NCBI GenBank assembly: GCA_947632715.1
Contig: CANRQF010000003.1
Coordinates: 1-44,328 of the forward strand
From: an uncultured Bacilli bacterium
Lineage (GTDB): Bacteria; Bacillota_I; Bacilli_A; RF39; UBA660
Reading direction: 5' to 3'
DNA: 44,328 nt
The notes under the pieces were generated by a model that saw only the letters and a program-made list of their open reading frames with translations, did no database searches and was not told the DNA's origin. Within the stretch, counting starts at the first letter, position 1, and each line of letters begins with the position of its first letter. Positions 39,644 through 44,328 of the stretch are shown here, piece by piece. Both the position numbers and the translations under genes were made by a program.

Positions 39644-42310
39644 TTATTGATTATTTATTGTTTCTATTGGTTTAGATTTAGCTATCTTAAATACAGGTAT
39701 AATAAATGATATAGTTATAATTAATATGACTATTAAGAACATTTCAAATATTAATTCAAATCTAAACAAAATCGGTTTAACATTTAAAAACAAATTTTTG
39801 GATATCAAATTATTTGCAACCATACAAGAAATGTATGTAATTATTGATGAAAATCCAAAAGCAAAAAATCCTATTAAAAAATTTTCCAAATAAAATATTT
39901 TATATATATCTGTTACTTTTGCTCCTAAAGCTCTTAAAATACCAATATTTTTTTTATTTAATCTAATACTTGAAATCGTAAAAAACATAAGTATTATAAT
40001 AGCTAAAATCAAAAAACCAATAGAAAAATATAATGCAATTTTTGAAATTTTATTTACTACTTTACTAACATTTATAATTGTATTCGTATAAATAGTTTCA
40101 GATGTAAATTTTGAATTATCATGAGGAAATTCGGCAAAAATCGTTTCTAATTCTTGCTCATCTTCTTCATTTAAATATATTGAAATAGTTTCTTTATTTT
40201 CTCTCATATAACTTTTTAACAATTTTTCTGGAAGATAATTAACTACATCATCTATACATATACCAATGATTTCTAAATTGTCCAATACGTTTGTTTTTTT
40301 ATCATGATTTCTTAAATATAAATCATTAAGCTCTAGTGATATTTTACTACCTATAATTTGCTTATCATTAATATACTTAATAGTAAAATTTTTTAATTCT
40401 TTTTTATAATCTGGTATTGGTACTTCTTGTGGATATTCATAAGTATAGTCTGGATCTTTTGAGATTTGTTCATTTATTTTTTTTATTTCTTCTTCTCGCT
40501 TTTTAACTTTTTGTTCATAATCAGTTTTAAGTTCATCTAAATATTTTAAATATTTTTCTGTATATTCATTAGAATATAATTGGTCTAGCATATATGTTCC
40601 CAATATTATTTGATTATCATTTAGTTTATCTATTTTAGAAAAATCTTCACCATTATAAATTTCTATTTCTTTATTTAATATTTGTGTCAATGATTCTTCA
40701 ACATACATTCTTTTATCATTTATTAAATATGCACTTTTATACAAATTCATATCCAAGAAATAGTTTGGCTTTAAATTTATATTTTCAAAAAAATTATCGC
40801 TAACAATTACTTCATATAAAGATTTGTTATACTTAGTTTTAAATTCATTATATAATTTTGTTGGATTAATTATCATATCATCACTTAAAGTTGTTTTTAA
40901 TTCTTCATATTTTGATAAATCTTCATCTATTATTCCACTAATAATTAAATAACTACTTCCAAACACTATTTGCTTATTACTTGACACGATTTCTTCATAA
41001 TTATTAGGAAAATAATTATCAATAACATAATTATTTTTTTCGTCTAATTTCCAAATTACTATTCCCTTTTTTATTATATAATCAGCTAATATTTTATTTA
41101 TTATTATTTCATTTTTGTTTTGTGGAATGTTACCAATAATCTTTAACTTCTTTAAATCATCTTGATTATATTCTATAAAATGTGTTTTATCTAAGAATAA
41201 ATCATAGTAAGCATAACTTTTATTATCATCAACTTGTTCAGATGCAAAATTAAATTCTATATAGTCATTATCTTCTACTGCTTTACTTACTTTAAAAATC
41301 TTTTTGTTTAATTTATCAGAAATTTCAGAAACCTCATTGTTAGTAAATGTAATTACTGGTGATTCGGTTGTAAAGTTTTGATTTGTTATTTTTTTATTAA
41401 TGACAACTTTACTCTCTTTTTGTTCTACCATAGTTTCAGCATGGGTTTTATTTATATCAAATTTTATTAGAGAAGAAAAAAAGCCAAATACGGATAAAGT
41501 TATTGTTAAAATTAAAATCATAGTTATTAATTTCAATTTTTTGCTTTTTAAATTATAAATTGAAAATTCTAAAGAATTTAAAAAAGAAAGTTTAGATTTA
41601 ACAATATTCATATTCTTAATATTATTATAGCTTGTTTCTTCTTTAATTATATCTTTTTTAATTTTTCCATTTTCTATTTCAATAATTCTATCTGCATAAT
41701 AATTTGCTAGTTCAATATTATGAGTAACAACAATAACTAATTTATGATTAGATATTTTCTGTAATATTTCAAAAATTTGCCTACTATTTTCAATATCTAA
41801 ATTTCCTGTTGGCTCATCAGCTAAAATAATATTAGGATTTTTTATTAATGCTCTACCTATTGCCACTCTTTGCTTTTGACCACCAGACAATTCGTTTATA
41901 TTTCTATTGCCTAACCCACCAAGACCAATATCTAAAAGTAAATCATCTATTTCTTTTTTGGAAATATGTCGGTTTTGCAAATCAATACTTAATTCAATAT
42001 TTTTATATACATTCAAATTATCAAATAAGTTATAATCTTGAAAGACAAAACCAATATAAGTATTTCTATAAAAGTCTGTTTCTTTTTGCTTTAATTTATT
42101 AATTTCTTTATTATTTATTAAGAAAGTTCCCGAAGATGGTTTGTCTAACAATCCTAATATATTTAATAACGTTGATTTGCCAGAGCCACTATTTCCAGTT
42201 ATAAATACCATACCCTTATTAGGAAAATTTATTGATATATCGTCTAAAGCTAAGATTTGGGTTCCTTTTTTTGCTTTATATGTTTTTGATATATTTTTTA
42301 ACTCTATCAT
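39644..42310 (-). CDS. fused ABC ATPase / FtsX-MacB-type permease
   Basis: GNSGSGKS, LSGGQKQR, ADEPTGNLD, IGILRALGA. Confidence 0.92.
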   Translation of the reverse strand: MIELKNISKTYKAKKGTQILALDDISINFPNKGMVFITGNSGSGKSTLLNILGLLDKPSSGTFLINNKEINKLKQKETDFYRNTYIGFVFQDYNLFDNLNVYKNIELSIDLQNRHISKKEIDDLLLDIGLGGLGNRNINELSGGQKQRVAIGRALIKNPNIILADEPTGNLDIENSRQIFEILQKISNHKLVIVVTHNIELANYYADRIIEIENGKIKKDIIKEETSYNNIKNMNIVKSKLSFLNSLEFSIYNLKSKKLKLITMILILTITLSVFGFFSSLIKFDINKTHAETMVEQKESKVVINKKITNQNFTTESPVITFTNNEVSEISDKLNKKIFKVSKAVEDNDYIEFNFASEQVDDNKSYAYYDLFLDKTHFIEYNQDDLKKLKIIGNIPQNKNEIIINKILADYIIKKGIVIWKLDEKNNYVIDNYFPNNYEEIVSSNKQIVFGSSYLIISGIIDEDLSKYEELKTTLSDDMIINPTKLYNEFKTKYNKSLYEVIVSDNFFENINLKPNYFLDMNLYKSAYLINDKRMYVEESLTQILNKEIEIYNGEDFSKIDKLNDNQIILGTYMLDQLYSNEYTEKYLKYLDELKTDYEQKVKKREEEIKKINEQISKDPDYTYEYPQEVPIPDYKKELKNFTIKYINDKQIIGSKISLELNDLYLRNHDKKTNVLDNLEIIGICIDDVVNYLPEKLLKSYMRENKETISIYLNEEDEQELETIFAEFPHDNSKFTSETIYTNTIINVSKVVNKISKIALYFSIGFLILAIIILMFFTISSIRLNKKNIGILRALGAKVTDIYKIFYLENFLIGFFAFGFSSIITYISCMVANNLISKNLFLNVKPILFRFELIFEMFLIVILIITISFIIPVFKIAKSKPIETINNQ

Positions 42311-42319
42311 ATTCACTCA

Positions 42320-42352
42320 ACCTCTTCATTATAATTTCAGTATATCAAAAAT
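42320..42352. repeat. 33-bp direct repeat, copy 2
   Basis: Identical to 38296-38328. Confidence 0.9.
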
Positions 42353-42390
42353 TAATTTTAATGTATACATTTATTACTTAATTTAAAATT

Positions 42391-43362
42391 TTATTTAAAT
42401 TCTGTTTCTAAAATATATTTATTCTTTTCTCTTACTATTTTAACTTTTGCTCCATTTATTATTGTAAATACTGGATCTGTATGTCCTATATCTGTATTAA
42501 TTAAAATAGGAATATTTAATTCTTTCAAATTATAATTGATTGCATTTTTCAAAGAAATACCTGTATAATTTATTTCATTTATGAGTCTTCCAAACAATAT
42601 TCCCTTACAATTTTCAAACCATCCTGCCTTTTTTAATTGCCACATAGTTCTTAATATATCTTCATTGGTCATTTCTGCAACATCAAAATACCAGATAATT
42701 CCATCACTAGAATATTTTTTTATAAATTTTTTGGTACAATCATATTTAGTACCAATAATATCTTTAAGTGAATCTAGGCAACCACCGATTATTCTACCTT
42801 CAAATTCCTTATCATTTGTTATACACTCCCATGGTTGTTTTATTTTTTCTTTATCTATTTTAAATCCATATTCTATTTGTTTTGGTAACTTTCCTTTTAG
42901 AAAATCAATATTATTTTTTAACATTGATTCAGGTAAATAATCATCACCAAATACTTTAACATTAAAACTATAAATTGTTGCAATATCATATTTGGTAGTT
43001 ATATAAAATAAAAGATTTGTAATATCAGATTGTCCTTGAATCCATTTTATATTATCTTTAATGGCATTAAATTTTATAAGATCTAATATTTGAATTAAAT
43101 AATCTCCACCTGAACAGGCAATTAATGCTTTAACTTTCTTATTCTTAATTGCTTTATTTAATTCATTGGCACGATTAATTGCATTAGTACTAACACCATT
43201 TTCACTATTTCTTACAAATTTATCTTCAATAACCTTAAAGCCATAATTTGTCAAAGTTTTAATTGCATTTTCATATCTTTTAATTTTGCTACTTTTCACT
43301 CCATTTGATGGTGATATAATTTCTATAACATCATTTTGTTCTAATTTTTCAGGATAAATCAT
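42391..43362 (-). CDS. S66 peptidase (LD-carboxypeptidase/MccF family)
   Basis: IISPS, GQSDIT, GGCLD, DIGHTDP. Confidence 0.9.
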   Translation of the reverse strand: MIYPEKLEQNDVIEIISPSNGVKSSKIKRYENAIKTLTNYGFKVIEDKFVRNSENGVSTNAINRANELNKAIKNKKVKALIACSGGDYLIQILDLIKFNAIKDNIKWIQGQSDITNLLFYITTKYDIATIYSFNVKVFGDDYLPESMLKNNIDFLKGKLPKQIEYGFKIDKEKIKQPWECITNDKEFEGRIIGGCLDSLKDIIGTKYDCTKKFIKKYSSDGIIWYFDVAEMTNEDILRTMWQLKKAGWFENCKGILFGRLINEINYTGISLKNAINYNLKELNIPILINTDIGHTDPVFTIINGAKVKIVREKNKYILETEFK

Positions 43363-43388
43363 CTTTTCAACACCTTTACTTTTATTAA

Positions 43389-43787
43389 TTAATTTATATT
43401 CTTTAACTTATCTTTAATAAAATCATCTAATAATTCTGAATCTTTATTAACCCATTTATAATCACTATGTTCATTACTCAAAATAACTTTAACTGAATTT
43501 TTAGAAACATTAATTATGAAATCTATTTCTATATTATGAATCAGTTCATTACTTTCCTTTTGAACTTCATCATAATAATGGGTAATAATTGCATCAAAAT
43601 CTTCATTAAAACCTATTTCTTCTTTTAATTCTCTTTTTAATCCTTCTTTTAAAGTTTCTCCTATTTCTAAATGTCCTCCAGGAAACTCCTAAGCTCCCGG
43701 ATACAACTTATCATTTTCATTTCTTTTAACTATTAAAAATTCATCATTATCTTTTAGTATACCCGTTAAAACTATTTCTGTTTTCAT
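43389..43787 (-). pseudogene. NUDIX hydrolase with in-frame TAG (43691-43689)
   Basis: MKTEIVLTGILKD...YPGA*EFPGGHLEIGETLKEGLKRELKEEIG...EHSDYKWV; not in the ORF track. Confidence 0.85.
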
Positions 43788-43801
43788 ATTTTTATCTTCT
43801 T

Positions 43802-44233
43802 TCACTTAATCTTATAACCCAATTTTATTAATTCTTCATATGCAAGAGGACTAATCATATCTTTATTTAAACTTTCTATAGGAAGCCATTTAGCTCCTAA
43901 AGAATCTTGACCATCACTTGTCTCTTTCACACTAGAACTACTAATTTCTACAATATAAATTATACCTATATGATGCATTTCTTCTAACTTATCATGATGT
44001 TGCCATTTAACTACTACCGAATTAGCATCAAATAATTTGTATTTTTTAATATCAACTCCAGCTTCTTCCATTAATTCTCTTTTAAGTGTTTCAACTGGCT
44101 TTTCTCCATGTTCAATACTTCCGCCCGGTAAATCATATTTACCAGTATAAGCTCCTCTTGCTTTCTTTACTAATAATATCTTATTATCATTAATAATAAT
44201 TCCATAAACTCCTAAATGTCTCGTCTCTTCCAT
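43802..44233 (-). CDS. NUDIX hydrolase
   Basis: LPGGSIEHGEKPVETLKRELMEEAG. Confidence 0.9.
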   Translation of the reverse strand: MEETRHLGVYGIIINDNKILLVKKARGAYTGKYDLPGGSIEHGEKPVETLKRELMEEAGVDIKKYKLFDANSVVVKWQHHDKLEEMHHIGIIYIVEISSSSVKETSDGQDSLGAKWLPIESLNKDMISPLAYEELIKLGYKIK

Positions 44234-44235
44234 AA

Positions 44236-44328
44236 TTAACTATCCTTTTCATTAGTATCAATCACTATTAAAGGAGTTACCATTTCATCTTTAGTTAAGC
44301 CTGAATGATTACCTTTAATTTTTCCATA
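44236..44328 (-). CDS. C-terminus of an alkaline-phosphatase-superfamily (nucleotide pyrophosphatase-like) protein, partial
   Basis: GNHSGLTKDEMVTPLIV*. Confidence 0.6.
   Translation of the reverse strand, partial: YGKIKGNHSGLTKDEMVTPLIVIDTNEKDS

Noticed and set aside
38296-42352. 33-bp repeats as a CRISPR array or IS ends
   Set aside because: Only two copies, 4 kb apart, direct orientation, no cas or transposase gene
2453-42940. Short antisense or alternate-frame ORFs (2453, 7628, 8071, 10698, 16775, 17150, 24855, 25640, 29550, 30007, 31588, 36584, 36705, 36976, 41848, 42141, 42581)
   Set aside because: They overlap well-supported genes and show no motifs or ribosome-binding sites
1-44328. 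Genome-wide UGA=Trp (code 4)
   Set aside because: TGA ends genes at natural-looking C-termini (23224, 27843, 29414, 43802) and long ORFs are complete under code 11 with Trp as TGG

Overview
Very AT-rich chromosomal segment of a reduced, spore-gene-bearing Firmicute; an RF39-like uncultured Bacilli member is my inference from composition and gene content. Genetic code 11. Mostly minus-strand housekeeping blocks with Bacillus-like synteny: tig-lon-spoVID-ysxE, ireB-ruvX-mltG-trmR-U32-U32-greA, T-box-thrS, L20 leader-infC-rpmI-rplT, gpsB-rnpB-rodZ-pgsA and dacF-spoIIAA-sigF-spoVAC/D/E. It also holds 9 tRNAs, a LexA-boxed PolY/YolD pair, a lone tyrosine integrase, an orphan MvaI/BcnI-type nuclease and an accessory NUDIX/S66/ABC/GNAT region. 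Most notable: (1) a spoIIA locus with no spoIIAB, an acidic substitution at the SpoIIAA phospho-serine, and sigF in frame with spoIIAA but interrupted by TGA at a conserved Trp; (2) a solitary tRNA-Ala(UGC) with C33 and a T-stem mismatch; (3) bL20 fused to a Rho_N-like domain; (4) an internally deleted asnS still behind its Asn T-box; (5) an exact 33-bp promoter/RBS direct repeat flanking a 4-kb block.
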